DNA of 64,000 nt, taken from the NCBI RefSeq assembly GCF_963921235.1, contig NC_086100.1, positions 200,448,001 to 200,512,000 on the forward strand, in the 5' to 3' direction. The position numbers and the translations under genes were made by a program. Positions 21,193-32,900 of this stretch are shown here, in pieces (position 1 is the stretch's first letter; each line of letters starts with the position of its first letter). This DNA is from Mobula hypostoma. Its lineage: Eukaryota. Under the pieces are notes generated by a model. It was not told the DNA's origin. It made no database searches and worked only from the letters and a program-made list of their open reading frames with translations.

Positions 21193-23345
21193 TGTACATA
21201 CATCTATTGATGCTTCTGGACACATCTTCAGTGATGTTCCTGGAATCATCGGGTGTTTCGGGTCTTTCAACATCATACAACCTCCTCCAGGTGAGCCAGC
21301 CGGGGCAGATCAGACCCCAGCTTGTGTCCAGATGGCTAGCTACTTATGACTCCATGGCTCCCCTCTTTTGAGCCACAGCCATCTTGAGGCCCTCTCTGCC
21401 ACATCGGTGGTACTGCGGATGGCTCTCCTCTTCCTCTCTCGCTTGATGCCCAAAATGCTGAAGGCTGTAACTAAAGAACGGGCTACGAATCCCCTACAAC
21501 CAACCTCCACTGGGAGACACCTCGCTCTCCATCCAGCCTGCTGACAGTTGCTGACCAGTCCTGCGTACTTGGAGAGCTTCCTTTCAAAGGCCTCTTCCAA
21601 TCTATCTTCCCATGGGACTGTCAGCTCCAGGAGCACCACTTGCTTAGTAGACTCAGACACTAGGACAATGTCTGGTCGCAGGATGGTGGCTGCGATATGG
21701 TTGGGGAACTTCAGTTGCCCTTCGAGGTCCACCAACAGCTGCCAGTCCCTTGCAGAGGTCAGAATGCCTGCAGATGTCCTTTTGGCAGGTATTGGCTGCT
21801 CTCCAGCTCTGACAAAGGCAATGGTCTGCTTGGAGGGTCGGGATTGCTTCGCCCACTCAACTCCTGCACTGATGGCTTCAGCAATGGTCTTCAGGACCTG
21901 ATCATGTCTCCACCTGTACTGTCCGTCACCAAGTGCCCTTGCGCAGCCACTGAGGATGTGCTCCAGGTTTCCTCGTTTGGAGCACAGTAGGCACGCAGAT
22001 GACTCTGCCTTGCCCCATGTGTGCAGGTTTGATGGGCTTGGAAGCACATCGTACACTGCCTGGATGAGAAATTGGATGCGGTGTGGTTCGGCTTTCCAAA
22101 GATCAGCCCAGGTCACTTTCCTCTCAACCGCATTCTCCCATCTTGTCCAAGCTCCCTGTTGCTTCATTCCCACCGCCTTGCAGGTTCTCGTCTCCTCCAC
22201 TACTGCTCTCACCTCTTCCTGAACTAGACGACGCCTTTCCTTCCCTCTGGTGTCCATTTGGGGAGTTGGAAAGGATCCTAGCCCAGCTCGGCCTTGTGTG
22301 ACCACTCCCACCAGCCTCCTGTGACGCAGCCTCACCTCTGCCTCCTGAACAGCTTCCTCTGCCCTCCACTTCCTGCCAGTACTTACTTGGATCCCTGCTC
22401 TAGCCACCTTTGGATCACTTGAGTTCCTATACTGTAGCACTTCTCTGGCTCTTGTTACCTTGAATTCTTCCTGCAAGAATTTGAAGGGCAGTCGCAGTTT
22501 GTTGTGGTGTCCATAGAGTGCGATGCTGCTCAGGCTCTTTGGCAGCCCCGGCCATCTCCTGAGGTGGTTGCTAACCCTCCTCTCTAAGGCTTCGACTGTC
22601 GAGATCGGAACTGCATAGACGAGGAGGAGCCATAGGATTCTGGGAGGAATCCCATGCTGATACACCCAGGCTTTAAACTTCCCAGGTAGGCCAGACTTGT
22701 CCACCGATTTCAGCCAGCCATCCAACTCAGTGCAGGTTGCCTGAATGGATGTTGTGTCCCTTAAAGAGCTGTCAAAAACTTTGCCTAAGCTCTTGACTGG
22801 CTTTTCTGTGATGGTTGGGATGGCTGTGCCTGCGATGCTGAACCGGAACTTGTTCTCCACCTTCCCTTTCCTCAGCACCATCGATCTTGATTTGGCTGGT
22901 TTGAAATGCATCCGGGCCCACTCCACCAGCTTTTCGAGCCCTTGCAGAATCCTCTGGCAGCCTGGGACTGATTCTGTGGTGACTGTGAGGTCATCCATGA
23001 ATGCCCTGATAGGTGGTTGCCGTTGAGCGGAATTCATTCTGGGCCCTCTGCACTCTGGTTCAGCAGACTTAGTGAGCATGTTCATGGCTAGGGAGAACAG
23101 TGTCACTGAGATAGTGCACCCTGTGATGATGCCAATCTCCACCTTGTGCCAGCTTGATGTAATTGCTCCTGAAGAGACCCTCATCCTGAAGTTGCTGTAA
23201 TAATCAGCGATAAGGTCTCTGATTCTGCTGGGGACGTGATATTTGGTCAGTGTGAACTGCACCCGCTTGTGCAGGATGGAGCCATATGCATTTGCCAGGT
23301 CGAGCCACAACACTGACAGGTTGCCCTTGTTCTCTCTGGCTTCCT
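21193..23345 (-). mobile_element. 5'-truncated HERO-type non-LTR retrotransposon (RT plus restriction-like endonuclease) nested in CR1 copy C
   Basis: LDLANAYGS, GIITGCTIS and AFMDD RT motifs; CLLC-x7-H-x4-C knuckle; RHDQV, RPDIV, ELTVP, KLSKY RLE motifs; ~150-nt 3' UTR. HERO assignment is from motif memory. Confidence 0.85.
21340..23345 (-). CDS. RT-RLE polyprotein fragment (~670 aa, uninterrupted, N-terminus missing)
   Basis: C-terminal part of ORF 21340-23679; no stops or frameshifts up to the TAG at 21342-21340. Confidence 0.8.
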
Positions 23346-23956
23346 TAGACATTCTACAAATTCTCTCTTGAGGTCCAGTACTGGGCTGGTTTTCCCAATC
23401 CAGTTTTATGTTAAAATCCCCAACGATTATCATGACATTGCCTTTCTGACACGCCTTTTCTATCTCCCGCTGAAATTTGTAATCCACATCCCAGCTTCTG
23501 TTTGGAGGCCTGTATACAACTGCCATTAGGGTACTTTTACCCTTGTCATTTCTTAACTCAACCCATAGAGACTCTACACCCTCCAATCCTATATCATCCC
23601 TTTCTAATGGTTTAATGTTATTTTTTATACACAGAGCCACACCACCCCCTCTGCCTACTAACCCAACTTTCTGATACACCGTATATCCTTGGATGTTCAG
23701 CTCTCAATGGCAGCCATCCTTTAGCCGAGTTTCAGAGATGGCCACAACTTGCCAATCTGTAGCTGAATTTCAAGATCGTCCATTTTATTTAGAGACTTAG
23801 AGACAGGATTTATAAGAATTTGAGAAGTGTGGTCTGATTAGGGATAGTCAGGATGTTTTTTGTGAGGGGCAGGTTCTGCCTCACAAGCCAGAATGAATTC
23901 TTTGAAGGTGTGACAGCTGCTTCTTGAAATCACTCACCAAGTATGTTTAGTTGTGT

Positions 23957-24110
23957 GAAAAGATACCTTCTGTGGGAATGACGTTCATGGCAGGGAAATA
24001 CAACAACCAACAAGCCACATTGGTAAAAGCAGGAGGGCCAGCGTTGTGGGGGCATGATTGGCTGGGACAGTTACAATTTGCTGGACGTCTATCCACCATT
24101 TGCATGCCAT
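23957..24110 (+). pseudogene. Gypsy-type LTR retrotransposon protease remnant
   Basis: Manual translation EKIPSVGMTFMAGKYNNQQATLVKAGGPALWGHDWLGQLQ, resembling the retropepsin C-terminal L(L/W)GRDWL motif. Confidence 0.6.
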
Positions 24111-24489
24111 GTCCCTGGCGATGAAGTCGACCGAATGCCAATTACTAAAGGTACCTGATGATGCCAAAAATATCTCTAAGCCTCTGTTTGGAACCAAGGA
24201 AGGGCCATGATCCCCCCCCAACCCCCCGCGCAAGCAGCAACGAGCAACAATCCCCCCTCCCCTCCCAGCAAAAATAAATGAGCATCAGGACCGTCACCGA
24301 GTCCCAGCGTGTGCTAAACAATAGCAAAGACAGACCAAAGTTACTCCAAAGGCTTCCCATTTCATCCGACATCCGACAACCCACAAACCACAGGTTCTCT
24401 CTCTCCCAGCTCTTCTTTCTTAATGACTATATGCTCAAGCTTTTCAGTCCTCTGTAATCATCCCTACAATCGCCAAAATCCTTTTCACC

Positions 24490-26986
24490 GGTGAACACTG
24501 AAAGCAAAGTATTCATTAAGTATCTCCGCTACCTCCTCCAGCTCTATGCACATGTTTCCTCTCTCGCTCCTGGTTGGTCCTATTCTCACTCGACTCATCC
24601 TCTTGCTCTTCACATACTTGTAGAATGCCTTGGGGTTTTCCTTAATCCTGTCCGCCAAGGCCTTCTCAGGGCCCCTTCTGGCTCTCCTAATTTCCTTCTT
24701 AAGCTCCTTCCTGGCAACCTTGTATTTTCTAGAGCTCTACAGTACCTGGTTTCTTGAACCTTTCATAAGCTTTTCTTTTCTTCTTAACTGGATTTATTAC
24801 ATACCTTGTGCTCCATGGTTCTTTAGCCCTACCATCCTTTCCCTGTCTCAATGGAATACTGATGCAGAACTCCATACAAATGTTCCCTGACGTTTGCCAC
24901 ATTTCTGCTGTGCATTTCCCTGAGAACATCTGCTCCCAATCTATGTTCCCAAGTTTCTGCCTAATAGCATCATATTTCCCCCTACCCCAATTAAATGTTT
25001 TCCCAAATTGTCTGCTCCTATCCCCCTCCAACGCTAAGGTAGAGGAGATAGAGTTGTGATCACTACCGGCAAAGTGTTCTCCCACGGAGAGATCCAACAC
25101 CCGACCACGTGTATTTCCCAATACTAGATTAAGTACAGCCTCTCCTCTAGCTGGCTTATCTACATATTGTGTCAGGAAACCTTCCTGAACACACCTAACA
25201 AACTCCTCCTCATCCAAACCTCTTGCTCTGAGGAGATAGAAAATGTAGAAAACCTACAGCACAATACAGGCCCTTCGGCCCACAATGCTGTGCTGAACAT
25301 GTCCCTACCTTAGAAATTACCAGGGTTACCCAGAGCCCTCTATTATTCTAAGCTCCATGTACCTATCCAAAAGTCTCTTAAAAGACCCTATTGTATCCGC
25401 CTCCACCACCATTGCTGGCAGCCCATTCCATGCACTCACCGCTCTCTGTGTAAAAAACTTACTCCTGACTTCTCCTCTATCAGGTCACCTCTCATCCTCC
25501 GTCACTCCAAGGAGAAAAGGCCGAGTTCACTCAACCTGTTTTCATAAGGCATGCTCCCCAATCCAGGCAACATCCTTGTAAATCTCCTCTGCACCCTTTC
25601 TATGGTTTCCACGTCCTTCCTGTAGTGAGGCGACCAGAACTGAGCACAGTACTCCAAGTGGGGTCTGACCAGGGTCCTATATAGCTGCAACATAACCTCT
25701 CGGCTCCTAAATTCAACTTCACGATTGATGAAGGCCAATACACCATATGCCTCCTTAACCACAACGTCAATCTGCTCAGCTGCTTTGAGCGTCCTATGGA
25801 CTCGGACCCCAAGATCCCTCTGATCCTCCACACTGCCGAGAGTCTTACCATTAATACTATATTCTGCCATCATATTTGACCTACCAAAATGAACCACTTC
25901 ACACTGATCTGGGTTGAACTCCATCTGCCACTTCTCAGCCCAGTTTTGCATCCTATCGATGTCCCGCTGTAACCTCTGTCAGCCCTCCACACTATCCACA
26001 ACACCTCCAACCTCTGTGTTATACACCTCCAACCTTTGTGTCATATGTTAATATTTGTCAGACAATATTTGGAAAGTTAAAATCAATCATCACAACAACC
26101 CTATTATTATTGAACTATTCCAGAATCTGCCTCCCTATCTGCTTCTCAATATCTCTGCTACTATTAGTGGGTCTATAAAAACTCCCAGTGGAGTTGTTGC
26201 CCCCTTCCTGTTTCTAACTTACACCCAGAATGACTCAGTAGACAATCCCTCCATGACTTCCTCCTTTTCTGCAGCCGTGACACTATCTCTGATTAGCAAT
26301 GCCACTCCCCCACCTCTTTTGCCTCCCTCTCTGTTCTTTTTGAAACTTCTAAAGCCCGGAACACTCAGCAGTCATTCCTGCTCCTGAGACATCCAAGTCT
26401 CTGTAATGGCCACAATATCATAGTTCCACATATTGATTCACGCTCTAGTTTAATCTGCCTTGTTTATGATACTCCTTGCATTAAAATAGACACATCTGAA
26501 ACCATCAGGCTGAGTGCATCTTTGCTCTAACAACTGCCTGTCCTTCCTCACAAACTCCCTACGAGCTGTCTCTACCTGTGAACCAACTGGCCCATTCTCT
26601 GCTTTTTCACTATGGTTCCCACGCCCCCGCATTTATAATTCAAACCCTCCCCAGTAGCATTAGCAAACCTCCCTCCCAGGATATTGGTTCCCCTCCAGTT
26701 CAGGTGCAACTCATCCCACTTGTACAGGTCACCCCTTCCCAGAAAAGGTTCCACTGATCCAGGAACTTGAAACCCTGCCCCCTGCACCATCTGCTCAGCT
26801 ACTCATTCATCTGTGCTATCTTCCTGTTCCGACCTTCACCAGCTCGTGGCACTGGGAGTAATCGGAGATGACCACCTTGGAGGTTCTGCTCTCTAGCCTC
26901 CTTCCCAACTCCCTCAGCTTACTGCAGTGGACCACTACCCCTCTCCTGCCTGTGCCATTGGTACCAACATGTACCACGACCTCTGG
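24490..26986 (-). mobile_element. Degenerate CR1 LINE (copy E): ORF1 3' half, APE and linker; cut at 26986 by the satellite
   Basis: PEVVVHVGTN, DELHLN, CVYFNARS, EFVRCVQEGFLTQYV, GSDH motifs in collinear order. Confidence 0.88.
25237..26050 (-). mobile_element. 5'-truncated CR1 3' fragment (copy F) nested in copy E
   Basis: WAEKWQMEFN...LVRPHLEYCAQFWSP...LGLFSLE plus a 3' tail; copy E APE sequence resumes either side. Confidence 0.85.
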
Positions 26987-29900
26987 TGAGTGTGGGGGAG
27001 AGAGCAAGGGGGGTTGAGAGTGGGGGAGAGAGCGAGGGGGGGTTGAGTGTGGGGAAGAGAGCGAGGGGGTTCGAGTGCGGGGGAGAGAGTGTGAGGGGGT
27101 TGAGTGTGGGGGAGAGAGCGAGGGGGGTTCGAGTGTGGGGGAGAGAGCGAGGTCGAGTGTGGGGGAGAGAGTGAGGGGGGGTTGAGTGTGGGGGAGAGAG
27201 TGAGGGGGGTTGAGTGTGGGGGAGAGAGTGAGGGGGGTCGAGTGTGGGGGAGAGAGTGAGGGGGGTTGAGTGTGGGGGAGAGAGCGAGGTCGAGTGTGGG
27301 AGAAAGAGCGAGGGGGGATCAAGTGTGGGGGAGAGAGCGAGCGGGGGTCGAGTGTGGGGGAGAGAGCGAGGGGGGGTTGATTGTGGGAGAGAGAGCGAGG
27401 GGGGGTTGAGTGTGGGGAGAGAGCGAGGGGGGTTGAGTGTGGGGAGAGAGCAAGGGGGTTCGAGTGTGGGGGAGAGAGCGAGGGGGGGTTGAGTGTTGCG
27501 GAGAGAGCAAGGGGGTTCGAGTGTGGGGGAGAGAGCGAGGGGGGTTGAGTGTGGGAGAGAGAGCGAGGGGGGGTTGAGTGTGGGGGAGAGAGTGAGGGAG
27601 AGTTGAGTGTGGGGGAGAGAGCGAGGGAGGGTCGAGTGTGGGGGAGAGAGCGAGGGGGGGTTGAGTGTGGGGGAGAGAGTGAGGGAGAGTTGAGTGTGGG
27701 GGAGAGAGCGAGGGAGGGTCGAGTGTGGGGGAGAGAGCGAGGGGGGTTTGAGTGTGGGGGAGAGAGCGAGGGGGTTTGAGTGTGGGGGAGAGAGCGAGGG
27801 GGGGTTCAGTGTGGGGGGATCGAGCGAAGGGGGTTTGAGTGTGGGGGGATCGAGCGAGGGGGGGTTGAGTGTGGGGGAGAGAGCGAGGGGGGTTGAGTGT
27901 GGGGGAGAGAGCGAGGGGGGTTGAGTGTGCGGAGAGAGTGAGGGGGGGTTGAGTGTGGGGGAGAGAGCGAGGGGGTTTGAGTGTTGGGGAGAGAGCGAGG
28001 GGGGTTGAGTGTGGGGGAGAGAGCGAGGGGGGGGTTGAGTGTGGGGGAGAGAGTGAGGGGGTTTGAGTGTGGGGGAGAGAGCGAGGGGGGTTGAGTGTGG
28101 GGGAGAGAGTGAGGGGGGTTGAGTGTTGCGGAGAGAGCGAGTGAGGTTTGAGTGTGGGGGAGAGAGCGAGGGGGGTTGAGTGTGGGGAGAGAGCGAGGGG
28201 TGGTTGAGTGTTGGGGAGAGAGCGAGGGGGGTTGAGTGTGGGGGAGAGAGCGAGGGGGTTGAGTGTGGGGGAGAGAGCAAGGGGGGTTGAGTGAGTGTGG
28301 GGAGAGAGTGAGGGGGGTCAAGTGTGGGGGAGAGAGCGAGGGGGGTTGAGTGGGGGAGAGAGCGAGGAGGGGCTCAGTGTGGGGAGAGAGTGAGGGGGGT
28401 CGAGTGTTGGGGAGAGAGTGAGGGGGGTTGAGTGTGGCGGAGAGAGCGAGGGGGGGTTGAGTGTGGGGAGAGAGCGAGGGGGGTTGAGTGTGGGGAGAGA
28501 GCAAGGGGGGTTGAGTGTGGCGGAGAGAGCAAGGGGGTTCGAGTGTGGGGGAGAGAGAGAGGGGGGGTTGAGTGTTGCGGAGAGAGCAAGGGGGTTCGAG
28601 TGTGGGGGAGAGAGCGAGGGGGGGTTGAGTGTGGGAGAGAGAGCAAGGGGGGGTTGAGTGTGGGAGAGAGAGCGAGGGGGGGTTGAGTGTGGGGGAGAGA
28701 GTGAGGGAGAGTTGAGTGTGGGGGAGAGATCGAGGGAGGGTCGAGTGTGGGGGAGAGAGCGAGGGGGGTTTGAGTGTGGGGGAGAGATCGAGGGGGTTTG
28801 AGTGTGGGGGAGAGAGCAAGGGGGGGTTCAGTGTGGGGGGAATCGAGCGAAGGGGGGTTGAGTGTGGGGGGATCGAGCAAGGGGGTGTTGAGTGTGGGGG
28901 AGAGAGCGAGGGGGGTTGAGTGTGGGGGAGAGAGCAAGGGGGGTTGAGTGTGCGGAGAGAGCGAGGGGGGGTTGAGTGTGGGGGAGAGAGCGAGGGGTTT
29001 GAGTGTTGGGGAGAGAGCGAGGAGGGTTGAGTGTGGGGGAGAGAGCGAGGGGGGGGTTGAGTGTGGGGGAGAGAGCGAGGGGGTTTGAGTGTGGGGGAGA
29101 GAGCGAGGGGGGGTTGAGTGTGGGGGAGAGAGTGAGGGAGCGTTGAGTGTGGGGGAGAGAGCGAAGGAGGGTCAAGTGTGGGGGAGAGAGTGAGGGGGGT
29201 TGAGTGTTGCGGAGAGAGCGACTGAGGTTTGAGTGTGGGGGAGAGAGCGAGGGCGTTGAGTGTGGGGAGAGTGCGAGGGGTGGTTGAGTGTTGGGGAGAG
29301 CGCGAGGGGGGTTGAGTGTGGGGGAGAGAGCGAGGGGGTTGAGTGTGGGGGAGAGAGCAAGGGGGGTTGAGTGAGTGTGGGGAGAGAGTGAGGGGGGTCA
29401 AGTGTGGGGGAGAGAGCGAGGGGGGGTTGAGTGTGGGGAGAGAGCGAGGGGGTAGAGTGTGGGAGAGAGAGCAAGGGGGGGTTGAGTGTAGGGAGATAGC
29501 AAGGGGGTTCGAGTGTGGGGGAGAGAGCGAGGGGGGGTTGAGTGTTGCGGAGAGAGCAAGGGGGTTCGAGTGTGGGGGAGAGAGCGAGGGGGGGTTGAGT
29601 GTGGGAGAGAGAGCAAGGGGGGGTTGAGTGTGGGAGAGAGAGCGAGGGGGGGTTGAGTGAGTGTGGGGAGAGAGTGAGGGGGGTCAAGTGTGGGGGAGAG
29701 AGCGAGGGGGGTTGAGTGGGGGAGAGAGCGAGGAGGGGCTCAGTGTGGGGAGAGAGTGAGGGGGGTCGAGTGTTGGGGAGAGAGTGAGGGGGGTTGAGTG
29801 TGGCGGAGAGAGCGAGGGGGGGTTGAGTGTGGGGAGAGAGCGAGGGGGGTTGAGTGTGGGGAGAGAGCAAGGGGGGTTGAGTGTGGCGGAGAGAGCGAGG

Positions 29901-32900
29901 GGGGGTTGAGTGTGGGGGAGAGAGCGAGGTCGACTGTGGGAGAGAGAGCGAGGGGGGGGTCGAGTGTGGGGGAGAGAGCGAGGGGGGTCGAGTGTGGGGG
30001 AGAGAGCGAGCGGGGGTCGAGTGTGGGGGAGAGAGCGAGGGGGGTTGATTGTGGGGGAGAGAGCGAGGGGGGTTGAGTGTGGGGAGAGAGCGAGGGGGTA
30101 GAGTGTGGGGAGAGAGCAAGGGGGGTTCGAGTGTGGGGGAGAGAGCGAGGGGGGGTTGAGTGTGGGGGAGAGAGCGGGGGGGTCGAGTGTGGGGAGAGAG
30201 CGAGGGGCGGCTGAGTGTGGTGGAGAGAGTGAGGGAGGTTGAGTGTGGGGGAGAGAGCAAGGGGGTTCGAGTGTGGGGGAGAGAGCGAGGTCGAGTGTGG
30301 GGGAGAGAGTGAGGGGGGGTTGAGTGTGGGGGAGAGAGTGAGGGGGGTTGAGTGTGGGGGAGAGAGCGAGGTCGAGTGTGGGAGAGAGAGCGAGGGGGGG
30401 TCGAGTGTGGGGGAGAGAGCGAGAGGGGGTTGATTGTGGGAGAGAGAGCGAGGGGGGGTTGAGTGTGGGGAGAGAGCGAGGGGGTAGAGTGTGGGAGAGA
30501 GAGCAAGGGGGGTTTGAGTGTGGGGAGAGAGCAAGGGGGTTCGAGTGTGGGGGAGAGAGCGAGGGGGGGTTGAGTGTTGCGGAGAGAGCAAGGGGGTTCG
30601 AGTGTGGGGGAGAGAGCGAGGGGGGGTTGAGTGTGGGAGAGAGAGCAAGGGGGGGTTGAGTGTGGGAGAGAGAGCGAGGGGGGGTTGAGTGTGGGGGAGA
30701 GAGTGAGGGAGAGTTGAGTGTGGGGGAGAGATCGAGGGAGGGTCGAGTGTGGGGGAGAGAGCGAGGGGGGTTTGAGTGTGGGGGAGAGATCGAGGGGGTT
30801 TGAGTGTGGGGGAGAGAGCGAGGGGGGGTTCAGTGTGGGGGGAATCGAGCGAAGGGGGGTTGAGTGTGGGGGGATCGAGCAAGGGGGTGTTGAGTGTGGG
30901 GGAGAGAGCGAGGGGGGTTGAGTGTGGGGGAGAGAGCAAGGGGGGTTGAGTGTGCGGAGAGAGCGAGGGGGGGTTGAGTGTGGGGGAGAGAGCGAGGGGT
31001 TTGAGTGTTGGGGAGAGAGCGAGGGGGGTTGAGTGTGGGGGAGAGAGCGAGGGGGGGGTTGAGTGTGGGGGAGAGAGCGAGGGGGTTTGAGTGTGGGGGA
31101 GAGAGCGAGGGGGGGTTGAGTGTGGGGGAGAGAGCGACTGAGGTTTGAGTGTGGGGGAGAGAGCGAGGGGGTTGAGTGTGGGGAGAGTGCGAGGGGTGGT
31201 TGAGTGTTGGGGAGAGAGCGAGGGGGGTTGAGTGTGGGGGAGAGAGCGAGGGGGTTGAGTGTGGGGGAGAGAGCAAGGGGGGTTGAGTGAGTGTGGGGAG
31301 AGAGTGAGGGGGGTCAAGTGTGGGGGAGAGAGCGAGGGGGGGTTGAGTGTGGGGAGAGAGCGAGGGGGTAGAGTGTGGGAGAGAGAGCAAGGGGGGGTTG
31401 AGTGTAGGGAGATAGCAAGGGGGTTCGAGTGTGGGGGAGAGAGCGAGGGGGGGTTGAGTGTTGCGGAGAGAGCAAGGGGGTTCGAGAGTGGGGGAGAGAG
31501 CGAGGGGGGGTTGAGTGTGGGAGAGAGAGCAAGGGGGCGTTGAGTGTGGGAGAGAGAGCGAGGGGGGTTTGAGTGTGGGGGAGAGATCGAGGGGGTTTGA
31601 GTGTGGGGGAGAGAGCGAGGGGGGGTTCAGTGTGGGGGGAATCGAGCGAAGGGGGGTTGAGTGTGGGGGGATCGAGCAAGGGGGGGTTGAGTGTGGGGGA
31701 GAGAGCGAGGGGGGTTGAGTGTGGGGGAGAGAGCAAGCGGGGTTGAGTGTGCGGAGAGAGCGAGGGGGGGTTGAGTGTGGGGGAGAGAGTGAGGGGTTTG
31801 AGTGTTGGGGAGAGAGCGAGGTTGGTTGAGTGTGGGGGAGAGAGCGAGGGGGGGGTTGAGTGTGGGGGAGAGAGCGAGGGGGTTTGAGTGTGGGGGAGAG
31901 AGCGAGGGGGGGTTGAGTGTGGGGGAGAGAGTGAGGGAGCGTTGAGTGTGGGGGAGAGAGCGAAGGAGGGTCAAGTGTGGGGGAGAGAGTGAGGGGGGTT
32001 GAGTGTTGCGGAGAGAGCGACTGAGGTTTGAGTGTGGGGGAGAGAGCGAGGGGGTTGAGTGTGGGGGAGAGAGCGAGGGGTGGTTGAGTGTTGGGGAGAG
32101 AGCGAGGGGGGTTGAGTGTGGGGGAGAGAGCGAGGGGGTTGAGTGTGGGGGAGAGATCAAGGGGGGTTGAGTGAGTGTGGGGAGAGAGTGAGGGGGGTCA
32201 AGTGTGGGGGAGAGAGCGAGGGGGGTTGAGTGTGGGGAGAGAGCAAGGGGGGTTCGAGTGTGGGGGAGAGAGCGAGGGGGGGTTGAGAGTGGGGGAGAGA
32301 GCGGGGGGGTCGAGTGTGGGGAGAGAGCGAGGGGGGGCTGAGTGTGGTGGAGAGAGTGAGGGAGGTTGAGTGTGGGGGAGAGAGCAAGGGGGTTCGAGTG
32401 TGGGGGAAAGAGCGAGGTCAAGTGTGGGGGAGAGAGTGAGGGGGGGTTGAGTGTGGGGGAGAGAGTGAGGGGGGTTGAGTGTGGGGGAGAGAGCGAGGGG
32501 GGGTCGAGTGTGGGGGAGAGAGCGAGCAGGGGTTGAGTGTGGGGCAGAGAGTGAGGGGGGGTTGATTGTGGGAGAGAGAGCAAGGGGGGGTTGAGTGTGG
32601 GGAGAGAGCGAGGGGCGGTTGAGTGTGGGAAGAGAGCGAGAGGGGGTAGAGTGTGGGAGAGAGAGCAAGGGGGTGTTGAGTGTTGGGGAGAGAGCGAGGG
32701 GCGGTTGAGTGTGGGAGAGAGAGCGAGGGGGGGTTGAGTGAGGGGGAGAGAGCGAGGTCGAGTGTGGGGGAGAGAGTGAGGGGGGTTGAGTGTGGGGGAG
32801 AGAGTGAGGGGGGTTGAGTGTGGGTGAGAGAGCGAGGTCGAGTGTGGGAGAGAGAGCGAGGGGGGGTCGAGTGTGGGGGAGAGAGCGAGCGGGGGTTGAG

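Larger units (their letters stand above)
16951..23790 (-). mobile_element. CR1 LINE ORF2 (copy C) in three segments, 16951-18646, 20563-21192 and 23346-23790, split by two nested insertions
   Basis: Collinear APE (23790-23346, continuing DGFFEQLVVEPTRG..LDWVL..SDH at 21192), linker, RT (QHGF, LDFQKAFD, FAND) and 3' tail (tcttatgg-type) at 16951. Confidence 0.9.

Noticed and set aside
21340..23679. A genuine Dualen/RandI dual-endonuclease element or a single 779-aa host gene
   Set aside because: The CR1 sequence resumes collinearly after the RLE element's 3' UTR; the APE part is incomplete and preceded by a stop.
26984..26992. Consensus splice donor TG|GTGAGT at the satellite junction
   Set aside because: It is on the + strand, antisense to the gene, with no upstream exon; GTGAGT is a by-product of the monomer sequence.
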